A stretch of 64,000 nucleotides of DNA. Source: Azolla caroliniana (taxonomy: Eukaryota; Plantae; Polypodiophyta). The stretch covers positions 21,328,001 through 21,392,000 of the forward strand of contig JBHGNT010000007.1 of NCBI GenBank assembly GCA_043228905.1, in the 5' to 3' direction. The translations under genes were made by a program, and so were the position numbers. The notes under the pieces were generated by a model. The model did not search any database. It saw only the letters and a program-made list of their open reading frames with translations, and had not been told where the DNA came from. This document shows, one piece after another, positions 11,432-25,600 of this stretch. Numbering within the stretch: the first letter of the stretch is position 1; every line of letters begins with the position of its first letter.

Positions 11432-13990
11432 TCACTTTCTTTCAACTCTGATAGGTAAGCCTTCTCGAGGAACTTGGAAGGGGCTATATTGTACACCATT
11501 TTTGAACTCATGTAATTCCCATCTGCAATTATGTTGTCCTTTTAGCTTGATTGTAATGCAATAATATTTGTATTTATTTGATGTTAATCATTTTAGCTTG
11601 AATGAAAATTGATCGAGGCACACCTAAATTTAGTTGTAAGATGGTGAATGAAAATAAGGATTTCAAGTTTAGCTAGCTCATTCCCCGGGCATGCATGTGC
11701 ACCATTCCCGAAGGGCAAGAATGTGTTTGGCTTTGGAGGAACCTAGACATGATATAAAAGTGTGATGAATACAATAGCTTTACGTTAAGTAGTCTTATTT
11801 CTAGAATAATGTTGACTATCATACCTCAAATCTTGACGGATCAAACTTTTGGGGTTCTGGAAAGAGCTCCGGGCTATGATGAATATTTCTAAAGAGAGGT
11901 AACACTTTCCAACCTTTGGGAATAAAGTAGCCTAATGGAAAAGAAAGTTTCACATTTATTGTCAAGAAGTGATAAAAATTTTGATCTTTAAAGTTTCAGT
12001 TCACACCATTATATTCAACATCCTGAACAGCTTCGCGGAATGTAAATGAAAGAACGGTTGCCATTCTAAGCGTCTCTTGGATGACCTACATTAACAACAA
12101 TGTGTAGATGTTTATTATTGTCACTATAACAAGTGCAACCCCAAATTTTGGTAGCGATTTGAAATACATCTCATGGATGTTATTCTTCTAATATTCTCTT
12201 TACAACCAAACATGTGAACACCATTTAGTGTATGAGCAACAAGCATAGAAAATGAACTTTCATTCTTTACTATAATTTTATTAAAGAATCATATGAAATG
12301 ACAAAATGTAACCAATTAAAGGAACCCGGCTTTTATAAACCAGTCCTCCATGAAAATCAAGTTTATTCAATATGTAAGGGGTTCAAAATGATCTCTTGCT
12401 ACTAAAATTTTATTGTAGTTTTTTAATAGGAATGACATATTTTAAAGAGTTTAAATTATGACAACATTATCATATGGGTCAGCATTTGAATACAATTTAA
12501 TATGCAACTAAATAAAAAACATATTAACACAACTAAAAACATTTGAACCCACCCGCATTGTCAAAGGCATGTTCCTTGTGTCTTTCCATGTGAGTCCCTC
12601 CTGGTCCTGGCTTTTTTTTACTCTAATCATTTCTTGCTCAGCCTAACATATTAAAAATGTAGCAAATCTTGATGTCAAATTGGTGGTTTCATTGATTAAG
12701 AATCTCTAAGGGCATCAAAAAGAAAATTCATGCAAAAACTAACTATATAAACATGGAGAAGACTCATCATGATTTTATATGCATGAATAAATAGTAGACC
12801 TTGTACGATAACCTTGATACGAGAACACATTGTGATGGTTTTTTTTGTTTCTTTTTCTTCATGTCATAGTTGTGAATTGAGAGAGAGAGATGCACACTCT
12901 CTTTTGCAATTCAAACAAGGTGGTATGATTGCACAAATGATATGGTGTGGAAAAAGGATATAAGTATTACAGAGACTTTGCTAGAATATAATAGAGAGAG
13001 AGAGAGAGAGAGAGAATAATTGAGTTGATTGTGTTACTGATGGGACCATGTTAAGAGATCAAGGGGACCACATTAAGGTTATCAAAAGTTGACACAACAC
13101 CACAAGGACGAAGAAAGACTTTTGTGGGCTATTGACATGTGGATCACAAACTTTATGTCATTGCTACGTGGTGCTTGATAGAATGACCAAGTTTATGGGT
13201 TGTTGACCTATGGTTCTCAAACTTCATATCATTTTTGTCTTATCAATGAGGTGGTGCTTGATAGAGTGACCAAGTGTATGGGTTGTTGACCTATGGTTCT
13301 CAAACTTTATATCATTGCTAAAATATAAAATATGTGGTGTCACAACGGAGAGGATCTTGATAGAGTGACCCAATTTTGGGGTTGTTGACCTATTCTTCTC
13401 AAACATTATATTATTATTAAACCTACTAGGTTGTGCTATAATGGAGAGCATCTTCATATAGGGACCAAATCAATGGGCGATTGACCCATGCCGCCTCTCA
13501 TACTTGATATCATTATTAGTCAAACAAACCAAGTCTAATTTTATATTAACTGGTGTGAAGAGTTAAAAAAACATCAATGAGGTAAATCCATAATGGAGAG
13601 AACATCCTAAACGTACTCAATAATGATTGGTAGAAGAAGATGAATGTCTAATTTAGCAAACACATATGGGACCAACGAAAACTCTAGTGTGTGGAGCTTA
13701 CAAGTGATTGTGGATGCACAAAAAGTTTACTAATAAGCATTGCAATCAAGAGTCACATTGTCATTGGGCAAAACTTGTCCAACAGATAGGATCATGGCTA
13801 AAATAGTAGGGAAAGTAAGGTGCAATATGATCATATCCTAAGCAACCAACTAGAGTGTGACTCAAATCACAAAGTAACATGCATAATCAATGGATGAGAT
13901 TCATCTTTGGGGCCCTAGCACTTTGTTTCACATCGAAGAGACGACAACCATTTGATATTAGACTAGAGAGTGGGAATTGTATTCCTTCAG

Positions 13991-14050
<60 letters not shown>

Positions 14051-16265
14051 TTACAATGACAGAATCAAGGAGGGCATCTGAACTAGTCTTGAGGAACTTA
14101 ATGACCCAAGTGAGGACACTAGCTGTGGTGTCTCGCGAAGCGAAGATCATGCCAATGATGTTGTCAACAATTTCATATGGTCTCAACCCTTGCCCACCCT
14201 CATCCTCCATCATCTTCTCCAATAGACCCCCACCTCTTCCATCCCTCCTCCTCCTCTTTATCACCTCTTCTATACTCTTGTTTAAATGCCTTCTTGCCTA
14301 CAAAACCAAAGTATAAAATAGATACATACAACAATTAAATACACCAGTTTCAGACATGTGTGAAATCGACATTAACTAACAACTTTTTTTTTGTTTACAT
14401 ACCTGTATGTAAGGTAAAACGATATTAAGTGTATGTTACAATGATGCTTATGAAATATCCAACAAAACGTCCTACAAAAGAAATTCTTTGATTCTAATAG
14501 TTACCTTCATTGCCTTATTAAATTTGGTCCCAGGTATATCAATTGGCATACAATTGTATCCTTCCTCTAATGTTGTATAAGCTTTATTAAAATCCTCTAT
14601 ATCCAGGCACTCCTCCTCACCAAAGATTAGGAGGATACCAACTTTGAAAGTGAACTACATCATGTCAAGGGAAAATGTTAATAAGTCCTGGAGTAGACAA
14701 CACACAAAAGCACGAAACCAAGATTAAAATAAGCTATATTATACATAAGTTAAGAAGCTTGTAAGCTTAGCCAATGCACATAAGCACATCTAGAATATTA
14801 TAGAAATACTTCAAAATAAGTTAGTATCCTAATGCATGACAAGCATAATGAACATAAAGGAATTGACCAAAGGACAACCTAAAGAAGAACACTCACATAC
14901 ACACTTGCAACTCGAAATGCATTATTTGTAGAGTTTTGGGCAATTAGCTTCCAACTCATATTGTTTATTTACAATTTCGCTCCCACAATTTCCTTATGAT
15001 GAGCTTGCCATGGCCTATTTTTTGAATGTCCCTAATCTTACATGCTATAAACATTCTTTGTGGGGCTATTACCTCTTGTTGAGGTATTTCAACAATAATA
15101 TATTTCGTTGCTAAAAAGTGCATGTGTACAATACTAATAAAATAATGCACTACAAAAGGAAGTGTTTATAATGGATTGTTAAAATGTGTGATTGTCTCCA
15201 CAAGTAGGAAACCTCAATGTGCGGCAATTTACAACATGTGAGATTAGGAACATTAGAAAAATAGGACATAAGCACCAATGTAATGAGAGACACGACAAGC
15301 ACAAACAAATAAGTTAGATACAAAAAAAACACATGCATAAATGCATGCATACATTCAGACATACGAACATATGTGTATACCTTCTTTATTTCCATGAAAG
15401 TGTTGATGATCTTGGCACCATGCAATTGATTGCCTTGATCGTCATCGACCCAAGATTCCAAGGTGGCAATGGAGAGTTGTTCAATGGCAGGCACGACATG
15501 TCGGATGGAGTCTGGGAGGAATGACGCCAAGACAAGTTTCCTGAGCTTGGCATGATAGGGGCCATCATGGAAGAAAAAGGCATGGGGACCAATCATCCTT
15601 TGCTTGCTAGATGGGAATGTGGGCTTGAAAAGATGGGCCTGGGATAATACAAACTTTACTCCTTGAGGGTTTGCAATCATCACACATGGGCACCCAAGTA
15701 TATGTGACTTGAACACCTCTCCATATCTACATATACATATTATGTTTGCATAATCAAGCAATCCATCCGTCAATAAATACCCAAGTGAAATAAAACCAAA
15801 AATTGTCTAGGTAAAAAAAGATGCACATTAAACAAAATTGTGAGCATGTATACATATATAGCTAGATTAGCTAAAAATGCAAATTTGGGTATTCAACAAA
15901 TTACAATTTGCATGTATGTATGTAGGGGTTTGTGTTTGTATGAATGTATATAGCCATGTGTGTGTGTGTATGTATTCATATTCATATGTAGACATTTGTA
16001 TTGTATGTATGTATCAGTATAGGGGTGGGTGGGTGTGTGTGTCTTACCTCCTCTGTTTGGAAGCAAAGAAGGAATTAGGGTTTTGGGAGTAGAGGAGAAG
16101 AGTCTCTCCGATGTAGGGCCAGCCCATGGATCCAGGAGGGAGGTTGTGAGAGTGAGAGAAGAAGAAGAAGAAGAGATGGTGAAGGAGGAGGCAAGCCATG
16201 GCAAAGATGAGCAAGCCCAGAACAGGGGAAGAGAAGAGGAAGAAGAGGAGGACATCAGGAGACAT
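11432..16265 (-). CDS. CYP707A: Cytochrome P450 CYP707A-like (ABA 8'-hydroxylase), 9 exons, ~480 aa: 16048-16265, 15381-15726, 14505-14654, 14055-14297, 12553-12642, 12007-12085, 11825-11931, 11624-11742, 11432-11522
   Basis: All GT-AG introns, frame consistent (1443 nt). LPPGSMGWPYIGET, I-helix FASRDTTAS, ETLR, FDPSRFE, heme motif FGNGAHACPG. Confidence 0.9.
13168..13410. repeat. Three degenerate copies of a ~65-bp motif in CYP707A intron 4
   Basis: cttgataga.tgaccaa..tgggttgttgacctat..ttctcaaac recurs at ~13174, ~13257, ~13356. Confidence 0.8.
13994..14047. repeat. (GA)n microsatellite at the start of CYP707A intron 4
   Basis: Direct reading. Confidence 0.95.
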
Positions 16266-16369
16266 TATAGTATTAGTGATGATTCAAACACCCAACCCAA
16301 TGTAAAAAAAAAAAAGCCAGAAATTGGCTAGTTTGATCCAATCCCCAAAAAAAACAAGAGAACAAAGGA

Positions 16370-16507
16370 GAGATTTATATGATCATATTTGGAGAGATAT
16401 TTGGAGCACAAAGGAGAGAGGAAGGATTCAGAAGAGGAGGAGAAGAGAGGAGGTGGAGATGGAGATAGGCCAAATGGAGAGGGCCCTTTATAAGGAAGTT
16501 TAGTAGC

Positions 16508-16556
<49 letters not shown>

Positions 16557-16826
16557 AATCTTGGAGTCAAATACCATCACACAGAAAGAGCCTTTGGTGT
16601 ATAAAGTCAAGAACCTCATTTTGTGACCCAAATTATAGGACGTGTTGAATACATGTCTATAGACCCAAATCATATTACAAGTTACAACAAAAAGAGTGTT
16701 GGGGGAGATTTATATGATCATATTTGGAGAACAAATGGGAGAGGAAGGAATCAAAGGAATCAAGAGAGGAGATGGAGATGGAGATGGGCCAAATGGAGAG
16801 AGCCTTTTAAAAGGAAATTTAGTAGC

Positions 16827-16867
<41 letters not shown>

Positions 16868-16980
16868 AATCTTAAGAGTCAAACACCATCACACAAAAAT
16901 GAGCCTTTAGTGTACAAAGTCAAAAAAACTCATTTTGTGACCAAATTATAGGGTGTGTCCAACACATGGTCTATAGGCCC
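16370..16980 (-). promoter_or_regulatory. CYP707A core promoter, tandemly duplicated (~16370-16666 and ~16705-16980)
   Basis: Both copies have gagatttatatgatcatatttggaga..(CT)n..tcattttgtgacc. TTATAAAG (minus strand) at 16486-16493 in the proximal copy is TTTAAAAG in the distal copy. Confidence 0.6.
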
Positions 16981-17879
16981 TAGTGTATATATACCACCAC
17001 CACCCCCCCAAAGAAAGAAAAAGGAGCTCGACGTGCACACTAATCTGATTAATGTTGGTGTCCACACCTCTATAGCTTCCTTTGCATTTTAGATTTCACA
17101 CACGTTTAGGGTCACTCTTATCCTCTTCCTCAATGACCTAATAATAAAACTTGGATTCCTCCCGCATCATTGCGAGAATCAACATCATTTATGGTTCAAA
17201 CAATCACAACATATTAATGCATTCGGCCACAAATATTCTTGACAGTATGGCAATAGCTAATTATGTTGTTGAACGCATTTCACGGTTAGAGATGCAATGA
17301 ACTTGATTAATATGTTTTGCAATGTTTGTGCTAAACTATTGACCTACTTGAGAGTTCCTTCTATGGTTAGAAAAGTGAACCCTTCTAATGTATTTTTTTG
17401 CAATGCTAGTGTTAACAAGTAGAACACTCTTGTATTCTCATTCTTGTTTATGTTAGGTAAATGCTAAGTAGTGCATTCTTGGTGGATGACTCGTTCTTGT
17501 GTATATTATGTTAATGCGAAGTAGCACATTCACACTGGAGAAATGAAATGAAATGTTGCATTAACATCTATTAAAGGCCAAACTAACTTGTGAGATCCAA
17601 ACTTTCGTCCATCTCAATTGCATAATAACATATCATAAAATAAAGCAGAATTAAAGGTAAGTTTGTCTCAACACTATGGTGTGCACATATCACCAAAAAA
17701 ATGTGCTAAAAAATGCATTTATCTATAATTGTATGTACACATCTATACAAATTATGGAATCATGGTGAATTTCCGGGGTTGGATGAACATTTGATACCCG
17801 TTTATGCTACAACAGATAAATAAAAACCCAACTTTGCATTATTGTCAAATGTAGTTGAGAATTAAAAACTTGTCTTGCA

Positions 17880-18420
17880 TTTGGACACTTGATTTGAATC
17901 TTCGGCGTTGTTTAAATTTGACTTAGAAGTTCTTTCGCACTTTTATCCCTCGAGAAAAGGACATGTGTTGTATTAGAAAACAATGAGTTTGTGCAAATTC
18001 CAGATTCAGAGAACAATTCAAGAAAGACAAATCAAGAGACGTCACTATAGCGATTACGCAAGGAAAAAGCCTTCTCTTATTATACCCTCGCATGAAGTCT
18101 CCCTAAATGAGATGTACACTAAAGTACCCGTTGTATACACGTGCATGATTTAAGCGTCCACAATAGAAATTACACCATTTCTTTTGATAATCCTACCCAT
18201 TTCGCACATGAAAAGAGTCGAACTCCTTTACACGAGTGCTCATGAGAGACCTTTTTTTCAACAAGAGAAAGAAAAACCTAGGCGCTACCTTAGCCAAGAT
18301 TTTCCATAATCGATTCCTTTCATGATATTGCAATGCTTTCCAACTAGTTGTTTATCGACCAATAACATGTTTGTTCCTTTTTCCAAGGAGTGGATTGGTT
18401 TTTCAATCCTATACTCGAAA
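17880..18420 (+). pseudogene. Possible highly degenerate copia gag remnant
   Basis: Broken translation REKDM..VVLENN..RLRKEKAF loosely resembles a copia gag N-terminus; many stops. Confidence 0.25.
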
Positions 18421-21400
18421 TGAGATATTGCGAATTATTAGTTCAATTTAGACGCATAAACATGTTTGTTACAAAAATATACTCAAAGACGTGAACATTC
18501 ATTTCTTTGTTTAGATAATTTGTTTCTGCATTTTAAAATCTATATCACAAATAGACAACTCCCAATGAAACTTGCCATTTATTTAACAATAACCTACCTT
18601 AAGTGTATCGGGCTTTTTTTTGTAAATAAAATGTTGGTTCTTTTGTGAGCCTTGTTTTATACTGTCATCTTGATTCTTTAACTTTAACATTATGGCCTAA
18701 CTTTATGTATGAAGATACCTCATATTCTTCTTCTAAGATGTAGTTGACTTGATCATAGGTCAGATCACTTGATAACATGCATAGGCACTTTTAAATATAT
18801 GAAATTGAGTAGACTTTTCACCAATTCCTTTTTTCTTTATCAAACTTTGTTTTTCTTCATATCATATTCAATAAGAATAGTTCGGAGATTAAGCTAGATG
18901 TAGACATCAAAGGTTGTTATTGAAACGAAAAAACTTAGAACTTAACCCATGGTATGATTACTTATAAAATGTGCCTAATCATCCACTATCATTGCAACAT
19001 ATATGTGCAATCACCTAGGTGAACCTTTTGATTTATTACAACTTTAATTTGAAGATTCTATGTTTTGATAGTAACTTTTGTAAAATTAGTATTAATCCAA
19101 TTTATCGCTATTGCATAAACAAGACAAAAGTCTTAGTTCATGCCAACACTGCCATCATATGAAGGTACACTTGGGTAACAAGTGTATAGTACAAGCATCG
19201 TTTGGTTGAAGAGACCCGCGATTGCCCTCACATCACTAACCAAGAGAGGGAACATTATTATTTAACTCGACCGGCAACAACCAGACACATGATCTGATAT
19301 GTCAGCTATTTTAACTAATACTTGATCAATGGCAATATAAATATACAAATGTAATGCAAGCAATCACATCGAAAACAAGGAACTTTGCAAAAAAGATGAT
19401 CAAATCTCCTAGAAAAGTATGCATAAACAATAATAAAGAAATACTTGAACCTCAAAGGTATCAATTATTCCCCCATTTTATTTTTGTGAGGAACTATAAG
19501 CTAGAAATCCATTATCTTAAGTTAATACGTGTCACTTGCTTACTGGTAAAATAGGTACAATAATACGTGAGATAATTTAATGAGCCAAGTATATATTCAT
19601 GGGGATCTCAATGATAGTAAAACCCATATAAAACAACGACAAAAAAATCAACAAAATGTTAGAATATCTATAAAAACATATGCAATGAGATGCAAACACT
19701 TGGTAATCTCTAACAAAACATCATATCTTGACTAGACAATTGGAGAACGTTGCAAAAGTTTCTTTGACTTTGATTTACGTAAAGTGATGCTTATAAGCCT
19801 CATGCAATTCCTTTGAGCATCAGTTCTTCGAATCCTTTGTACATATTTCAACATATTTCTTGTTATTAACTATGAAGCATGTGGTGAAACAACATTTGGG
19901 AATAACATTGTCAAGGTGTCTAAAGACTCACTTCTTGGTTTTTGGGCATGTTCATGATTGTTTTGAGACCCCAAACAACTAAACAATCCACAAGTTATTT
20001 GTTTGTGCAAAACATGTTGATTAGATGTGTCCCTTTATGAGAAAAGAAACAATGGTTATGATTCCTCGACGAATACTCACCATGTATGATGTTTTTATCT
20101 ATACCTAGTTTCTATATCAGTTTAGTGAGAGCTTAAATTTATATTGGATCTATTGGGATCAGTAAAATACAACAACCCATCCATCTATCCAATATGCCAC
20201 AATGTGTTTTGGGTGAACATGACTACATTTTGTTATGACTAGTGGAAAACCTAACTTGGTCCAATTGCCTCACTAAATACCCCATGGGATATTGTCTTAT
20301 TAATGTGCTTCCAAAACATATTAGTATTGTTGTTTGCATTGAAGATTAGTGGTAGTGAATCACTCTTACGTTATGATTTTATAATTTTGCATACTAATTT
20401 GACATGGATCTAGGTAATTATTCACTTTAATAAACATAATTAAGATAGTACCATGAGGAAGGGCTCTCCATAAAATAAGAAAACCCATAGTCGTGGCTCA
20501 CAAGGTACAAATGTGTCATTCTCATCCACATGAAAGAATGACACATTTGTACCTTGGGATACCAATGCATGTAGAGTAGGATTGTAGAACTATTACAATG
20601 TTTAGTCTCGTAGAGATGAGACCCAATAACCAAAAGTGAAGCAAGAAGTGCAGGATTTGGTAGCTCTTGATGTGTCCATAATTGTTAGATCTACTTGCAA
20701 ACAATACTTATCTATCTATATTATGGCCAAGTGAGCATGCCACACACTACTAGGTCTACCTTTGGCCTAGCTAACTAGTAACTCCCTACACGTAGTCATG
20801 TATAATTTCATAATAACAAGTCTCCAAATCAAACGTAATAAACATAACACCAAACATAATATCAAATTGAAACCAAGGACATGTTGACTATTGGTCAAAG
20901 AAGCTAGAGCAACAAGAAATGTAATTATCAAAGAAGTTAAATTAGCTATATTGAGACAACCTTTTTGTGAAATTCGTTCAATGCCACAAAATCTTCTGGG
21001 CAAGTGTATGGCAACCCAAAAATGCCAACACCAATAGTAAAGGCTTAAAAAGGCCAATCTACACACTAGACATCCTACATGGCAAGGTACAACTATGAAC
21101 CTCATCAATAATCCACACATGGGGAGGAGGCAAGACATTGATTGTGAAGCAAAGCCCACCAACACCTTGGGGATTTACTATACAAGGTAATAATAGACAA
21201 GAAAGCACTAAGTTAGAGTTCCATCGAGATTATACAAGATTGGAATACAAATTCACATGAAGAAGATTTTTAAATAGCATTTATGGTAGATTTCATTTGT
21301 TGTTTTGTCATGTTTTATTAACTTAATTGGAGCATCATTTCTCTAACAAGTCACAACACACCAATCTACATACAATGTATAATTTAATGTGTCATGCAGT

Positions 21401-21519
21401 TATTGCTATAGAAATCATTAATTAAGGTAGAGCATCTTCCTAATATGTCGACACCACCAATTTGAAGTGAGCAATTGATCTATGGTATCGTGCCATCACT
21501 CTTATGAAGCATATACTTT

Positions 21520-21990
21520 ATGGGGATGCTTTAAAATGGTGAATAAAGATTGTAGTAGGAAGACAAACCTCCTACTTTCTCCATTTCATTAAAAGAAGAG
21601 ATGTGCATTAATATAATAAAACACCCCCACTCCCAAGTTTTAAGTCTAAAAGGTTTGGTTATCCAAGAACATGATCGAATGATCAAGCCTCCAAATAATT
21701 GACTACACTTTTGAGGGATGCTTTTAAAGCATTTTTTAAAAATTGTTTTAAGAAACAAGATTCTTGGATGAGCCTCCAAATACTTGACTAAACTGTTGGG
21801 GGATGCTTTTTAAAGCAGTTTATAAAAGATGTTCTAGAAAACAACAATCTTACTTTCTTATTTTCATTAAAAGACACGGCAAGCACCAATTTAATAATCC
21901 CCACTAGTTTAACATCTAAAAGGTGCGGCTACCCTTGAATGCAATTGAATGATTGGTCCTCCAAATACTTCAGCACCTTTAGATGCCTAT
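21520..21990. repeat. Degenerate local duplications
   Basis: ggggatgctttt, cctccaaata and tctaaaagg blocks recur 2-3 times. Confidence 0.55.
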
Positions 21991-22690
21991 ATAAAAACAT
22001 TAGAAAAGGTGCCTCGACCTCTTGAGTCAAGCTTTTTAGCTTTAAAGGCGGGTTTTCCAAAAGTACGTTGCATTAGCAGAGGAAATGCCACTCTAAACAC
22101 AAGTGCACTTTTGCACATGCACACATTTTCATGTACTCCACATAAAGCTCAAAAACTATCAAAACAAGACTTGATCCTTTGCAAAACCAAGATTTTATAT
22201 ATATATATGTTGAAACATGCATTTCTCTTTAGAATTAGTAGGATCGCGACTCCTTTATTCGAAAACCAGCATTTGATTGGAAGTTTTCGTTAGGATAACT
22301 GAATATTTAAGTAAAACAATAATGATTTTTTCATAGATAAAGAATGATAATACTTTTTGACTAAAGATCAAAGGTATCTAACTCTGCGATATAAATTATA
22401 ATGCGAAAGCACTACATAAATACTAGTTGGAAAATTATTTCACACTCGTTGTCCCTTTTCAAAAACCTTAGACCCCATCTCTTGTATAGTGGCGACACTT
22501 GGGTTTTGTGTAAGTTTCTACTCGAAACAAAACAAAAAACACTGAATCACTTCAGTTCTCGTAAGGATGTAAAACCGTAGATCCACGGCATCTCCAGGCA
22601 TTCCAATACAAATAAATTGAAGGGGGACACGGAAGGCGGCCAAGTATGAAATGGGACAGTTTACGTAAGCTAGATTTAAGACCTTGCTTA

Positions 22691-25600
22691 TTACAGTCCA
22701 ATGGATTGCTCGAGCTTTTGGATTTGATTCAGGAAGATCCATGTCATCTGCACACACAAAAAGAGACCAAACAGAAGAAGTGTTGTTGGTATGAATGAAT
22801 TATCACAAGAAAATAAAAATGAATCACACAAATATTGACAGAAAACACCAGATAAAGATTATGAAAGTACCGGTTAAATCTAGAAAATTTGACACGAAAA
22901 CATCAAATGATCAACATTTTCATAACGATTATGAAAGTTCCAATGATCAACAGTTTCATAAAGATTATGAAAGTACCGGTTAAATTTAGAAAATTTGACA
23001 CGAACGAAAACATCAAATGATCAACATTTTCATAAAGATTATGATGAAAGTAGCAGAATCATTGCAGCAATGTTACCAGTTAAAACTAGGAAATTTGCCA
23101 AGAATTATTATTATAAAATCTACAAAGGTAAAGCAATGATTAGAACATAATAAGTAGAGAGTTCGTTACCATGACATGCGGAGCAATCCTGACACAATAA
23201 ACACCAAAACCACTGTAAAATTTCAAAGGCCCATGTGTTTTTATGGTCTTGAAAGCACAATCGAGAGGTCCGGTGAATGGGTACTTCCCCTGTGCATCAG
23301 GTTGCATCTTCTGAATCTGCGTTTTCACGTAATCAAACGGCAAGCTACATGCTGATGCAAAGAAACCTGACACTGCACTGGCCGCTGCAAAAATAAACCC
23401 GAATCTCTTTCTTAAAAGAGGGAAAATACATCTTCAAAATATATGGGATTTCCACATGTATGTATTCCTGAGTAAGCTGAGTGCATAGAAAACAGATTAA
23501 GAGTTTGATAACTTCAAAATAGTCCCAGTTTAACATTGAATGCAGGGTCTAAAGTAATGAAAAATACTTAAGCTTTTTTTAAGTTTTAATGTATGAGTAA
23601 GATAAGATAAGATACGTGCAAAACATATGAGGGTTTTAATAACTTCATAATGTATCCAAATTAACTTGAATAGAAGACAACCAAAAGAAACTTGGGAATC
23701 AACAAGAAGACATCAAGATCAAAAAGATCAAAAACCAACATTAAAATCTAGCGGCAACTATATATATATAGTTACAGACCCAAAGTGATACAAACAATCA
23801 ACAAAAAGACTATAATCATTATAATCACTACTTGAATCATTGACAAAACCCACTCACACTCTAAATTTAGAATGCCATTTTTGCAATACGATATAGACAA
23901 CATTCTCAATTCCTTCTCAAAACGAACTAAAAATTTTAACTCGGTATTTTTTATCTTAGCATAATTACGAGCAAAGTGTAAGTTACAAAGCTTACGGACG
24001 ATGGTGGGTGCCTCAGATAAATAACTATAATATCTGAGGCACCCACCATCAACAAAAAGACTATAATCGTTATAATCACTACTTGAATTTTGACAAAACC
24101 CATTCACACTCTAAATTTAGTTTGCCATTTTTGCAATACGATATAGACAACATTCTCAATTCCTTCTTGAACCCAACTAAAACGATTAACTCTGTATTTT
24201 TTATCTTGACATACTTACGAGCAACGTGTAAGTTACAAAGCTTACCGACAATGGTGGGTGCCTCAGATAAATGAAAGTTATCTCTAAAGAGTTCTACACT
24301 TTGATCATAAGAGGCAAGCATGCCCATATTGAGAGCCATGGCACGGACAACAGTGGGACCTGCTCCTTTCCAGAGAGCGAGGATGCCTTCATCCGAGCTT
24401 ATCCGATACAAAGCATGAAAGACATTTTTGTAATTTCGGCGTTGGGCAATGGGTAATGTGTTATCGGCTTGCATTCTTATCAACGCGAGATCAGCTGGAT
24501 TCCCGAAACAAGCACCAATTGCTCCCGCGGTCAACCCACACAATGCTTTCTGATATAATGGGAGTGGTTTCCCACCATTTGCTTGTGTAGCTTTGTTGGT
24601 TAATATCCTGAAAATAAATAAAAAGGTTTGCATTTACTTGAAAAACAGGGAGATTGTATGCTCTCTTATTCTCCTCTTTTCTTTTATGGGATAGGATGAT
24701 GATAAAAAAATGGTATTAACACAAAATTTTCATTAGTCATGATCAGGCGAACCTGAATGATCCTAGACGAGCAGTAGTATATGTGGCTTGCCTCAATAAA
24801 CCTGCTGATAGGCCCTGAAACAAAACAATTAGCATTAACTTCAACAGAAGGTATAATTACCAATTATTTCAACATAAAACTACATTAAAAGTTTATTGCA
24901 ACAACACAGGTACTCACATAACAGAAAAGTACCCAGTATTTTTTGCTAATATATTGTTAACTAATTCACTTACTAACCTCTTGTTAAATGCTTCTTAATT
25001 GTGTTTAATTAGTTCATTGAACATGCATTGGTCCTATGAATATCATTCCAAATAGAAAAAGCTACCATGACCATTGAGCACTTAGAAAACAAAATAAACT
25101 TAACAAAAGCTAATGCCAATTCATTCACATAGGCTCTACACTCTAGGACAATGATGTATAATATCATTGACCATATGATTGCAATACATTAATAAATTTA
25201 TTAACTTTAAAATGACACAAAATGTGCTGAATAGCATGACTTCATGCAAGTCATCATACTTATTCTAGGAAAACTAAGCAAAAAAAATATTAACCAGAAA
25301 TATTTCAGATGCTAATACATACAAAGTTGAACAAACTTTACAAAGTTTTAGGCTTGTTTTTGCTTCATAAAATATTCTCGATTCGAAAAGATAAAGCCAT
25401 CAAGGCTAACCTTGTAAAAAGCCCCCACCCCTTCATTCTTAAGCATTCCTTTAGCAACACTGGTAGCAGAGCCTTGCCCCAGTTGTATCCTCACCTGAAC
25501 AGTCACAAGTAATTAAGAGGTTTTTATTTTTGACTGTGATGTATTATCACTCCAATCCTTTAGAAAGCATTCATAAAAAAACATAAAACACAACCATAGG

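Noticed and set aside
19000-21200. Possible gene or TE (ORF 20767-21165)
   Set aside because: No recognisable motif or splice structure; probably very old TE debris.
23772-24107. Second DTC-like ORF
   Set aside because: By-product of the intronic duplication; shares only the exon-4 end and intron sequence.
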